Assembly: GCA_034530875.2 (NCBI GenBank) | Contig: JAVRCJ020000072.1 | Span: 1 to 21,343 of the forward strand | Origin: Nostoc sp. DedSLP01 | GTDB taxonomy: Bacteria; Cyanobacteriota; Cyanobacteriia; Cyanobacteriales; Nostocaceae | Direction: 5' to 3' | Length of the DNA: 21,343 nucleotides | Shown: in pieces, positions 1-8,598 of the stretch | Position numbering within the stretch: position 1 is the first letter of the stretch | Layout of the letters: each line of letters begins with the position of its first letter | Notes under the pieces: generated by a model | Told to the model about the DNA's origin: nothing | Database searches by the model: none | What the model saw: only the letters and a program-made list of their open reading frames with translations | Made by a program: the position numbers and the translations under genes

Positions 1-76
1 TTGACTCCACAACTCCATGTGTCTCAAATCACGCTCTCTACTCTACTGCCTGATTTTTAAACCCCTACCCTTGAAA

Positions 77-237
77 GGGGAGGATGGGGAGGTGTGGGAG
101 GGTCTGGGAAGATGGGGAGGTGTGGGAGGTGTGGAAGGAATGGGGAAGTGTAGGAAGCATAAATTCTCTTTCTTCCCTCACTTCTCCATCTCCCCACACT
201 CCCCACACTCCCCACACTCCCCACACTCTCCATCTTC
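77..237. repeat. Short tandem nonamer repeats (CCCCACACT-type) arranged as two inverted blocks
   Basis: A G-rich degenerate block (ggggaggtgtgggag...) at about 77-157 is followed by the complementary C-rich block (ccccacact repeated) at about 170-237. The two blocks can fold back. Typical of STRR-like repeats in heterocystous cyanobacteria. Confidence 0.8.
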
Positions 238-266
238 GCTACTCCCTGCTATATGCAGAACAATCA

Positions 267-509
267 TCAAAATTTCTCTGGTACAAACATTACGAAAAAT
301 AAATAAATACAAAGTCCTACTGTCACCAGTGCTAGCAGTCCGACTCCCCAGGCTTGACTGCGAGAAAGTTGTTCGCTTGTGGCAGCATAAACTATAGGTG
401 CAACCACTAAGTTAAAGCACATTGCTAGGAATAAATACAGTGGCAGCTTTTGTTTACAAGATTGAGACCAGATTTCAGTAATTGCTTCTAGTAACTGGGA
501 TTTTTTCAT
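267..509 (-). CDS. kdpF: K+-transporting ATPase subunit F-like small membrane protein with N-terminal extension
   Basis: 80 aa with two hydrophobic segments. The C-terminus GLCIYLFFVMFVPEKF matches the KdpF signature (YL...PE[KR]F). Confidence 0.7.
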   Translation of the reverse strand: MKKSQLLEAITEIWSQSCKQKLPLYLFLAMCFNLVVAPIVYAATSEQLSRSQAWGVGLLALVTVGLCIYLFFVMFVPEKF

Positions 510-636
510 CTACCTGGTGCATGACGATTATTTATTCTTTGTATATGCTTTAAGAAGTATTAAAAATAAGCTCCTATTTTTCGGCATCTGTATCTAGCCA
601 ATTGTAGTTATTAAACTGACAAGCTTGAGAAATTTA

Positions 637-1032
637 ATGATGAAATCATTTTTTATCCCCTTAGCCGTTTTGATGAGCGCGATCGCTCTCCCTCAGAGTG
701 CTTATGGTAACCAAGAGGATGTCCCAATTGCAACAGGCGATCGCAATCAGGCTGAAGTTTTATTGACTCAACCTGCCACCATTAATAGTACATGGAGTAA
801 TTTTGCCGGAAAGCCTAGCCTTCTTAGACCTGCTCCTCAATCAATTTCAGCAGTCCAAGATCCAGAATGTCAAAAAATCAACCCGCTGGAAATCCTCAAT
901 AACCCGGAATCTTTCTTTAGGGAATGTCAAAGGCCAGCAAGTGCCCAAAGTCGGCAAAATTCTGAGCCAATTGAGTATCTCAAGGTTCCCAAACTGGATT
1001 CTGGCATTAAACTCACAGTTACTCAGTTTTAA
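637..1032 (+). CDS. Hypothetical exported protein
   Basis: The ORF has an N-terminal signal-like segment (MMKSFFIPLAVLMSAIALPQSAYG), two Cys and a C-terminal beta-strand ending in F. The start is ambiguous (625 TTG, 637 or 640 ATG). Confidence 0.65.
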   Translation: MMKSFFIPLAVLMSAIALPQSAYGNQEDVPIATGDRNQAEVLLTQPATINSTWSNFAGKPSLLRPAPQSISAVQDPECQKINPLEILNNPESFFRECQRPASAQSRQNSEPIEYLKVPKLDSGIKLTVTQF

Positions 1033-1434
1033 TACAGAAAATGTACGAACATATTAACATAATTCATAATTAAAAAAGGTTTCTAACCTAGTACTTAACA
1101 ATCGCAGCGCCTTTTCCAGTGGAGCTTAAATTCCCAGTTGCAGCATAATTATGAGTTATTAGTTATAATAGAAAATTTTCAAAAAATAATTATGCTAGTC
1201 TAATTCCTTTAGATCGTAAGCTCTGACTCTGGTCTAAAGGATAGCACCCCAATCAAAAGCATTTATTGATGAAAATCTGAAAACAAAATTTTTCTAGTAT
1301 TTTAGCTGGCAATTTAACCTATTCATAACTGTGGGTTTTACGCATCTATCTTTAGTAAGTATTTTGTCAAACTTAGTAGATAGATTACGTATCCCTTAGT
1401 CGTCCGTGAAGGTAATTTTTTTAGCTTCAATAGA

Positions 1435-1623
1435 ATGTTCTTAGGGATTGTGGCTGTTGCAGTCTTGCCAACGATTATGCTTGGTGTTAATGTGACGTCT
1501 GTTACTACTTTTAGTGCAAAAAATGTCAGCAGCAGTAATTACATTTATAATGCCAGAACTAATGCAGATATCTACGTGCAGTATGAGTCTGAATATCTAG
1601 CCTTGATACCAATAAATTTATAA
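1435..1623 (+). CDS. Possible small hydrophobic/exported protein upstream of the sigma factor
   Basis: 62-aa ATG ORF with a hydrophobic N-terminus, ending 22 nt before the sigma start. No recognisable domain, so it may be spurious. Confidence 0.3.
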   Translation: MFLGIVAVAVLPTIMLGVNVTSVTTFSAKNVSSSNYIYNARTNADIYVQYESEYLALIPINL

Positions 1624-1645
1624 GGTTACATAGGAGTGAATAAAC

Positions 1646-2665
1646 ATGAGCAACTTAACATCTCCACAAACCGAAGTTCAAAATACCAAGAAAAAAACTT
1701 TAGTTGCAGATAAAAAAGCTCGAACTTCAGATGATATTGTGCGTATTTATCTGCAAGAGATCGGGCGTGTAGATTTGTTGACTCGTGAGCAAGAGATTAT
1801 TTTTGCCGAGCAGGTGCAGCAGATGATGAATTTATTAGCTGCTAAAGAAGAATTAGCCCTGAAACTAAAGCACGAACCCACACTGCAAGAATGGGCAGAT
1901 AACGTAGAGTTAAGTGTTGAGGTGCTAAATCAACAGCTAAGTCAAGGACAGCAAGCCAAGCAGAAAATGATTCAAGCTAATCTCCGCTTAGTGGTAGCTG
2001 TGGCGAAAAAATACCAGCATCGCAACCTGGAATTTATGGATTTAATCCAAGAAGGAACTTTGGGTTTAGAACGAGGAGTAGATAAATTCGACCCTGCCCT
2101 TGGTTATAAATTTTCTACGTATGCTTATTGGTGGATTCGTCAAGGAATCACAAGAGCGATCGCTCAGCAAGGACGTACAATTAGATTACCAATTCACATT
2201 TTTGAAAAGCTAAATAAAATTAAACGGGTACAGCGAGAATTATCTCAAAAGTTGGGTCGCGTTCCCAGCACTGCTGAAATTGCCGAAGCCTTGTCTTTGA
2301 CGCCCGGACAAATTCGTGAGTGTTTGTATTTAGCCCGCCAACCGTTTTCTTTAGAAGCGCGAGTCGGCGAACAACAAGATACAGAATTGCAAGACATATT
2401 GCAAGATGACGGACTTTCTCCTGAAGACTACGCCGCTGAAGAATCACTGCACCACGATTTAGAAGACTTATTGTCAAAGCTGTCTCCCCAACAACGAGAA
2501 ATATTAACTTTGCGTTTTGGTCTGACAGATGGCCATGAACTTTCTTTAGCACAAATTGGCGATCGCATGGGTATTAGTCGAGAACGAGTGCGTCAGATAG
2601 AACAAAAAGCTCTCAGTCTTCTAAGACGCCAAAAGGAACAAGTGCGGAGTTATTTAGCAAGCTGA
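1646..2665 (+). CDS. Group 2 sigma-70 factor (RpoD/SigA family, SigB/C/D/E-like)
   Basis: Region 1.2 DIVRIYLQEIGRVDLL, region 2 ANLRLVVAVAKKY / DLIQEG / GYKFSTYAYWWIRQGITRAI, and region 4 HTH ISRERVRQIE. No region 1.1. GGAG RBS at about 1633. Confidence 0.93.
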   Translation: MSNLTSPQTEVQNTKKKTLVADKKARTSDDIVRIYLQEIGRVDLLTREQEIIFAEQVQQMMNLLAAKEELALKLKHEPTLQEWADNVELSVEVLNQQLSQGQQAKQKMIQANLRLVVAVAKKYQHRNLEFMDLIQEGTLGLERGVDKFDPALGYKFSTYAYWWIRQGITRAIAQQGRTIRLPIHIFEKLNKIKRVQRELSQKLGRVPSTAEIAEALSLTPGQIRECLYLARQPFSLEARVGEQQDTELQDILQDDGLSPEDYAAEESLHHDLEDLLSKLSPQQREILTLRFGLTDGHELSLAQIGDRMGISRERVRQIEQKALSLLRRQKEQVRSYLAS

Positions 2666-2826
2666 GGCTGTTTTGGGGTCAGAATTCAAAATTGTGGAAA
2701 AATCAATATTTGTATACCCAAATTGACGATGAATTCGCCAATTATGAATCCTGGCTCCTGTTAGCATAGTGGGGCGTAGCATATTCTGAATTTTGATGGA
2801 AAACCTCAAGAATTTCCAAAAATGAT

Positions 2827-3321
2827 ATGAGCAACTCACAAACAGTACAACAATTGCAGGCGCAATGGGTAACGCCAGAAAACTTTGCACCTTACGGACA
2901 AGTCATTTTTGCGAGTCACGATGGCAAAACTTATGATAGCGAAGATGCAAAATTAAATTTACAAAATGGAATTCCGCGATTTTATATTATGCGGTTGCAT
3001 AAAAGAGGGCGCAACTTTCATAAAATTACTCGCCACGTCCAATGCACTCAATGTTTGGGTTCTTTGGAAGGAAAAGATTGGTTAATTGCCCTTTGTCCGC
3101 CGAATAATGATGTCAACGAACCAGCATTAGATAAAATTGCTGCTTTCCGCATTCCTGGCAATTGTTTTATTAAATTAAATGAGGGAACTTGGCACGCCGG
3201 GCCATATTTTGAACACGAGACTGTGGATTTTTATAATTTGGAACTAGCCGATACAAATGTGGTAGATCATTTCACTCATGATTTCCTCAAGAGTCATCAG
3301 TTAGAGTTTGAAATGGTCTAA
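2827..3321 (+). CDS. Ureidoglycolate lyase/hydrolase-like cupin protein
   Basis: N-terminal TPENFAPYGQVI, RH..CTQ and GTWHAGP motifs characteristic of the AllA-like cupin family. Confidence 0.8.
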   Translation: MSNSQTVQQLQAQWVTPENFAPYGQVIFASHDGKTYDSEDAKLNLQNGIPRFYIMRLHKRGRNFHKITRHVQCTQCLGSLEGKDWLIALCPPNNDVNEPALDKIAAFRIPGNCFIKLNEGTWHAGPYFEHETVDFYNLELADTNVVDHFTHDFLKSHQLEFEMV

Positions 3322-3355
3322 CAAATTGATGGTTTTGTGTAAGAATTTTAATGTA

Positions 3356-3467
3356 ATACCAATTCTGTATGAAGATGCACATAATCAAGACCCCCCTGTA
3401 GTCCCCCCTTGCCAAGGGGGGACGGCGTAGCCGGGGGGTAAAATGCAGCTTCACAAAGAAACGGTAT
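3356..3467. mobile_element. MITE-like element with 24-bp imperfect terminal inverted repeats and an internal GC-rich palindrome
   Basis: Left end ATACCAATTCTGTATGAAGATGCA (3356-3379) versus the reverse complement of 3444-3467, ATACCGTTTCTTTGTGAAGCTGCA, gives 19/24 identity. TA dinucleotides lie at both ends. There is an internal GTCCCCCCTT-GCC-AAGGGGGGAC hairpin. Confidence 0.7.
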
Positions 3468-3554
3468 AAGTTGTAAGAGTGGAAATTTAACCACTAAAAA
3501 TTGAAGCTTAGATACAGTGGTAACGTCCATCGCTCTCAAAGCAAGATTGTCGCT

Positions 3555-4610
3555 ATGAGCAACTCAACTCCATTAGATGATAATAAAACTCTCCCTAAGA
3601 AGAAAGGGCGATCGCTTCCTCCAAAGCTGATTATTTGGTTGGGAATGTTTGTCTGGACAACTATGTGGCGGATAATGATGTCAAAGCTTGCTCCTACAAA
3701 TAAATCGGGAGCATATATTCGTCCTAGCAGCCAGTTTCGCAACTTCATCAGCACCGAAGAGGGAAACCCTTACCAACCAGCAGCAGGACGCTATCGGCTT
3801 TATGTTGGGTTGGGTTGTCCTTGGGCGCACCGAACTTTAGTAGTGCGATCGCTCAAAAAACTCGAAGCGGTAATATCAGTATGTATCGTGTCTCCTTCTC
3901 CCATTGATGGCGGTTGGGTATTCAATGAAGAAGAACAAGGTTGTCGCACGTTAGTTGAATTTTATCAGCTGGCAGAACCCGGTTACACCGGACGGGTTAC
4001 AGTTCCAATTTTGTGGGATAGTCAAACAAAAACTATAGTTAATAATGAGAGTTCAGAAATTATTGTCATGCTCAACTCTCAATTTAACGAGTTTGCCAAG
4101 AATCCCACATTGGATCTTTATCCACAAGAACTTAAAGAAAAAATTGACTGGTGGAATGATAAAATTTACCACGCAGTAAATAACGGCGTCTATCGCTGCG
4201 GCTTCGCCCAAAGCCAAGAAGCGTACAATCAAGCGTGTAATGAAGTGTTTACAACACTCGATGAAATTGAAATTGCATTAGAGAATAATCGCTATCTATG
4301 TGGCGACAATCTCACCCTTGCAGATGTGCGTTTATTTACTACGTTATTTCGTTTTGATAGCGTCTATTACAGCTTATTTAAATGTAATCGGCGACGCATT
4401 CGAGACTATCAAAATTTGGGAGCTTATCTCAGAGATTTATATCAGCTTCCAGGTGTTGCTGACACTTGCGACGTAGAAACTGTGAAACGAGACTACTACG
4501 GTAACTTGTTCCCACTCAACCCCGGTGGAATCATTCCCGATGGCCCTGATATGTCGTATCTGAATCAACCACATAATCGCGATCGCATTGCCAAAGTGAA
4601 TGCTTTATAA
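3555..4610 (+). CDS. Glutathione S-transferase family protein, glutathionyl-hydroquinone reductase (YqjG/ECM4/Xi class)
   Basis: GRYRLYV..GCPWAHR active-site motif, plus RVTVPILWD, IVNNESSEI, NNGVYRCGFA and LFTTLFRFD motifs. ATG at 3555 preferred over TTG at 3501. Confidence 0.92.
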   Translation: MSNSTPLDDNKTLPKKKGRSLPPKLIIWLGMFVWTTMWRIMMSKLAPTNKSGAYIRPSSQFRNFISTEEGNPYQPAAGRYRLYVGLGCPWAHRTLVVRSLKKLEAVISVCIVSPSPIDGGWVFNEEEQGCRTLVEFYQLAEPGYTGRVTVPILWDSQTKTIVNNESSEIIVMLNSQFNEFAKNPTLDLYPQELKEKIDWWNDKIYHAVNNGVYRCGFAQSQEAYNQACNEVFTTLDEIEIALENNRYLCGDNLTLADVRLFTTLFRFDSVYYSLFKCNRRRIRDYQNLGAYLRDLYQLPGVADTCDVETVKRDYYGNLFPLNPGGIIPDGPDMSYLNQPHNRDRIAKVNAL

Positions 4611-4658
4611 GCTACATTGATAAAAATACCTCGATGGCTGCATAACAAAGTTGGCGCG

Positions 4659-5546
4659 ATGGCGAACCAAATTAATCGAGTTGCAATTGTTGGTGGAACT
4701 CATGGTAATGAGTTTACAGGGGCTTATTTAATCCAAAAATTTGCCCAGTTTCCCGAATTGATTGCTAGAGGAAGTTTTGAAACGGTGACTCTGTTAGCAA
4801 ATCCTCGCGCTTTTGCAGTAGTCAGGCGATATGTAGATAAGGATTTAAACCGCTGTTTTCTCAGGCAAGATTTAGAAGATCCCACTCTTAACACTTACGA
4901 AGAACTGCAAGCTAAATCAATTCAAAAAAGCTTAGCATTAAATGGGGATAAACAAGCAGATTTCATCTTAGATTTGCACAGCACTACATCTAATATGGCT
5001 CTGACGATTATTTTAGTAAATACTCATCCCTTAAACTTGAAGCTGGCTGCTTATTTGAGCGAAGTTAATCCTTTGGTTAAAGTTTATTACTCAAATTTTA
5101 AATCTGTTGCAGACAATCCATTTGTAAATTCTCTATCTGAATTAGGCTTTGCAATTGAAGTTGGCCCCATAGCTCAAGGTGTTTTAAAAGCAACGCTGTT
5201 TCAACAAACTGAGGAACTGATTCATCGGATTTTAGATTATCTAGAACGATTGAATCAAGGTGAAACTACAGTAACTAACGAAACATTAACTGTTTATCAT
5301 CATTTATCTGTTGTAGACTATCCAAAAAAACAGGATGGTACAATCTTTGGCATGATTCATCCACAGCTTCAAGACAAAGATTATTACCCTTTGCATCGAG
5401 GAGAACCAATGTTTTTAACTTTTGATAACAAAACAATTGTTTATCAAGGTGAATCTACTGTTTGGCCTGTTTTTATTAATGAGGCAGCTTACTACGAAAA
5501 AGGAATTGCAATGGCTTTTACTAAAAAAGAGCAATTAAAAATTTGA
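4659..5546 (+). CDS. Aspartoacylase (M14-like Zn deacylase)
   Basis: GGTHGNE, DLNR, DLHST, IEVGP and FINEAAYYEK motifs. ATG at 4659 is the likely start. Confidence 0.92.
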   Translation: MANQINRVAIVGGTHGNEFTGAYLIQKFAQFPELIARGSFETVTLLANPRAFAVVRRYVDKDLNRCFLRQDLEDPTLNTYEELQAKSIQKSLALNGDKQADFILDLHSTTSNMALTIILVNTHPLNLKLAAYLSEVNPLVKVYYSNFKSVADNPFVNSLSELGFAIEVGPIAQGVLKATLFQQTEELIHRILDYLERLNQGETTVTNETLTVYHHLSVVDYPKKQDGTIFGMIHPQLQDKDYYPLHRGEPMFLTFDNKTIVYQGESTVWPVFINEAAYYEKGIAMAFTKKEQLKI

Positions 5547-5640
5547 CTGTATGCAATAAGGAATAGACTTTTTGCCAATAGTTTAGAACTGTTGTAGTGC
5601 TTTATTACTAATATATATCTTTCGTCAAAGGAATAAACTA

Positions 5641-6264
5641 ATGGTAAATATATGTCAACAATTTCTGGAAAAGCATAGCCAAATCTGGCAAGAAGCGACA
5701 GTGCATCCTTTTCTCGAGCATTGTAAATTAGGAATAATTCAACCTCAGCAATTCAATACTTGGTTGGTGCAAGATTATCTGTTTGTTATAGATTTTACGC
5801 GTTTAGTCGGACGAATATTAGCCATTGCGCCTTCACATCATTTTGATGTAATTCTAGCTGGATTAGCGGCACTCAAAGATGAACTAATTTGGTTTAAAGA
5901 AAAAGCTGTATCTCGCCAGCTGAATCTGGACGCCCAAAAACAATCTGTTTGCATACAATACTGTGAGTATATGCACAACCTTGCTTTGATGCCATATCCA
6001 GTTCAAGCAACTGCTTTTTGGACAATTGAGTTGGCTTACAATCAAGGTTGGCAATTACCAGGTGTGATACCGGAACCCTACAATGAGTTTTCACAGCGAT
6101 GGGGAAATGCAGGCTTTACAGAATATGTAAAGCACTTAGAAAAACAAGCTGATGAAGCATTGCAGACTGCATCAGTAGCAATTCAGCATCAAGCAGAAGA
6201 AGCCTTTTTGAAAGTTAGCAAATTAGAAAAAGATTTTTGGCAAATGGCTTTTTATGCTGCATAG
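5641..6264 (+). CDS. TenA/THI-4 family protein (TenA_E-like, no catalytic Cys)
   Basis: HPF, WLVQDYLF and EKDFWQMA motifs. FWTIELAY stands where TenA_C proteins have the LPC motif. Confidence 0.85.
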   Translation: MVNICQQFLEKHSQIWQEATVHPFLEHCKLGIIQPQQFNTWLVQDYLFVIDFTRLVGRILAIAPSHHFDVILAGLAALKDELIWFKEKAVSRQLNLDAQKQSVCIQYCEYMHNLALMPYPVQATAFWTIELAYNQGWQLPGVIPEPYNEFSQRWGNAGFTEYVKHLEKQADEALQTASVAIQHQAEEAFLKVSKLEKDFWQMAFYAA

Positions 6265-6291
6265 TTATTTGCTTGAAAAGCACTTTATTCT

Positions 6292-6576
6292 CTATCCATC
6301 ATAAAAACTATCGACTCTCATTTCTCGCCAGATATCGGAAGCCTGCCAGCCTGAGTTACCAACAGATTGCACTAAAGGATTGTCACGTACTGGAATATAA
6401 TTAGGTTCTATATACTCCTCGCTGATTGGTGGATACTCTGTAGCGATCGCTGGTTTCTCTTCAAGCACTGGTTCGGAAGAATCAAAGGTTTCAGCTTGAA
6501 GAATCTGGTCTTCTGCTTCTTCCATTTCCTTCATCTTCTTCAGGGTGAGCTTTTCAGATTTTTTGATGATTTTCAT
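6292..6576 (-). CDS. Hypothetical acidic, probably disordered protein
   Basis: 94-aa ATG ORF with a Lys-rich N-terminus, a Glu/Pro-rich middle and an aromatic C-terminus. Convergent with tenA. Confidence 0.6.
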   Translation of the reverse strand: MKIIKKSEKLTLKKMKEMEEAEDQILQAETFDSSEPVLEEKPAIATEYPPISEEYIEPNYIPVRDNPLVQSVGNSGWQASDIWREMRVDSFYDG

Positions 6577-6846
6577 ATATTCTAAAGGTTTGGAAAAGTG
6601 GTCATAAAAAAAGAGAATCTGAGCGTTGATTCTTCAAGAGACTGATGTCGCCTTTAAAAAAGGTTCAGCCAGATCTATAGTATGCTGTGATAAGGTTGAG
6701 TACTGAACAATTGGACAGAATAATTACAATACACCAAATTTGTGGAAAATACGAGTGCCTGCTGAAGAATTTATAACAATAAATGTTGCGATTTGCTGTG
6801 TTTATATGACAATCTCATCATCTTTAGCTGTCTTTTGGCGAATTAG

Positions 6847-6852
6847 TATAAT
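6847..6852 (+). promoter_or_regulatory. Consensus -10 box TATAAT upstream of the putative structured RNA
   Basis: Exact TATAAT at 6847-6852 in intergenic DNA. No clear -35 box. Confidence 0.4.
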
Positions 6853-6858
6853 TTTCGT

Positions 6859-7132
6859 GTAAGTAGAGCTTTAGTTAAGCTAAGTTAACGAAGGATTCGC
6901 TGATTTGTGAATTTGGGGTCGGCGTGGCTTCAAATTGCACGATTCCCACTGGTTCAACGATTTGATGATTGTATTCCTCTGCTTACTCTGGCGATCGCAT
7001 TGTTATCGGGTGTTCGGAAACAGTCGTACCCTAATAGTTGTTGGCTGAGAGGAAATTAACCCAAGGTTTATATTAGACTTTTTGCGAAAGAGGAGCAAAC
7101 GGTAAGAAAAAACCCTTTGCTCCTCCTATTTT
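6859..7132 (+). ncRNA. Putative structured RNA (or highly folded small-ORF mRNA), family not recognised
   Basis: Consecutive stems pair only on the + strand because they rely on G-U pairs: 6893-6900/6907-6914, 6915-6921/6940-6946, and a long hairpin at 6974-7054. The region is bounded by TATAAT and a terminator hairpin. Ends are estimates. Confidence 0.5.
7090..7132. terminator. Hairpin, probable bidirectional intrinsic terminator
   Basis: GAGGAGCAAA (7090-7099) pairs perfectly with TTTGCTCCTC (7116-7125) and is followed by CTATTTT. It lies downstream of the convergent CHAD gene. Confidence 0.7.
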
Positions 7133-7177
7133 AGAAAACGTTTGTTAGTCCCATCCTTGCCGAACAAAAACTAACTT

Positions 7178-8161
7178 TTAATTGATAACTCCTGAAAGTG
7201 GGTGCAGTATTGTTAAATGAAAGCTATGCCTAGTTTCAGTTTTCAGATATCTTTCTTGTAAAGGTTGCCACTGCTGCCACGACTGGTAACGATTTTCAGT
7301 TAATAAATTAGCAAGAGTAGGTAGCTGAGTTTGAATTTCTGACTTGAAAATATCTCCTAGCCACTCATCTAAAACAGCGCTATCTTGCATAGTACCCAAA
7401 ATTTCTTGGATATTTTTGACTTCCATAATATAAGCTGCGTAAGACTCGCCATATAACTCAGTAAATAACTCCATCTGGTAGCGTATGCGTTTAGCTTCTT
7501 TTCGCAAACTATGGAGAATTTCACCTTCAGTTGCCAATTGTTGTTCTATCTTTTTTCGTTCCCAGTTTTTGTGGACTTTTACCTCTGATTCCACAAATTC
7601 TGTACCAATTAGCCAACCCGGATGCAGTAAGAAATTACTCAGTTCTGGTAAAAGTAAATCTGGTAGTACTTGCTGAATAGTAACAGACGCCAAAGGTTCA
7701 TAACTGGGTTTTTCTAACCACTTTTCCAATGCCTCTTTTAGAGACTTATAAGGTTCATCTTTTAAAGTTTTCTGTACGCTTGAGAGGACATCTTCCCGTT
7801 GTTTAGCTAACGCTGTAAAAGCTGTTTGTAGAGATTCCTGTTCTTTGCGAGGTAAATTTGGTTTGTAATTGTTTTCTAAACTTTCTTTAAGTACGTCTAA
7901 ATCTCTCAGGCTACCAAGACGACGAGCTATTTTACCGATATTTTTATCGCTGACTGGTTTGGGTAAATCTATCGCTATCCCAAACCTAGTTACAGCGGTG
8001 CGTAGGCGCCGCATTCCTACCCGCATTTGGTGCAGTGCTTCTGGATCTTCATCTTTCTTCACCGATTTTTCCCACTTCAAGGTTTTCTTAAAGTGTTTTT
8101 GAATCGCTTCGTAAGCGTAGTCTCCTAGAGTTTTTACTGTGTTTTGAGTTGCTAATTTCAT
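7178..8161 (-). CDS. CHAD domain-containing protein (polyphosphate-binding family)
   Basis: DPEALHQMRVGMRRLR, LGSLRDLDV, LHSLRKEAKRIRYQME and QEILGTMQD motifs. Confidence 0.92.
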   Translation of the reverse strand: MKLATQNTVKTLGDYAYEAIQKHFKKTLKWEKSVKKDEDPEALHQMRVGMRRLRTAVTRFGIAIDLPKPVSDKNIGKIARRLGSLRDLDVLKESLENNYKPNLPRKEQESLQTAFTALAKQREDVLSSVQKTLKDEPYKSLKEALEKWLEKPSYEPLASVTIQQVLPDLLLPELSNFLLHPGWLIGTEFVESEVKVHKNWERKKIEQQLATEGEILHSLRKEAKRIRYQMELFTELYGESYAAYIMEVKNIQEILGTMQDSAVLDEWLGDIFKSEIQTQLPTLANLLTENRYQSWQQWQPLQERYLKTETRHSFHLTILHPLSGVIN

Positions 8162-8598
8162 GATGGATATTAATTAGATATTTAATCAGATTCTTGAATA
8201 ATAACATTAGTTAAAAAATGCAGCTAATTTGAATATTTTATTAAATTCGGTTCGGAAAGTAGCATTTTACTCATTTAAATAGTTGTTTTTTGCCAATTAT
8301 AAACAATAAATTATCGTTAGGACTTTATCGAAATAAATAATACTTTTTATAGATTTTTGATTAAATTTCAATTTAACATCATAATAACATCATTGATGTT
8401 TTCCTAACAATACAGATGATTCCAAATGTCAAACTGGCATTTGTTTAATCAAGTTTTATTTACTTTTATAGCTGATTTGAAATAAGACAGAGAACATTTA
8501 TAGGACTGCTGCTTGATTTTTGGGACGCTAGGTATATTTTTTCCTGTTCTCTTTTAAAGCGATAATTACTGATGAGCTTTCTTAGAATAAGTCTACTT

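Noticed and set aside
17..397. Plus-strand ORFs 17..397 and 84..302 with SPH/TPH repeats
   Set aside because: They are translations of the nonamer tandem repeats, and they overlap the KdpF-like gene antisense.
1376..1388. GTA-N7-TAC as an NtcA site
   Set aside because: The spacing is 7, not the required 8.
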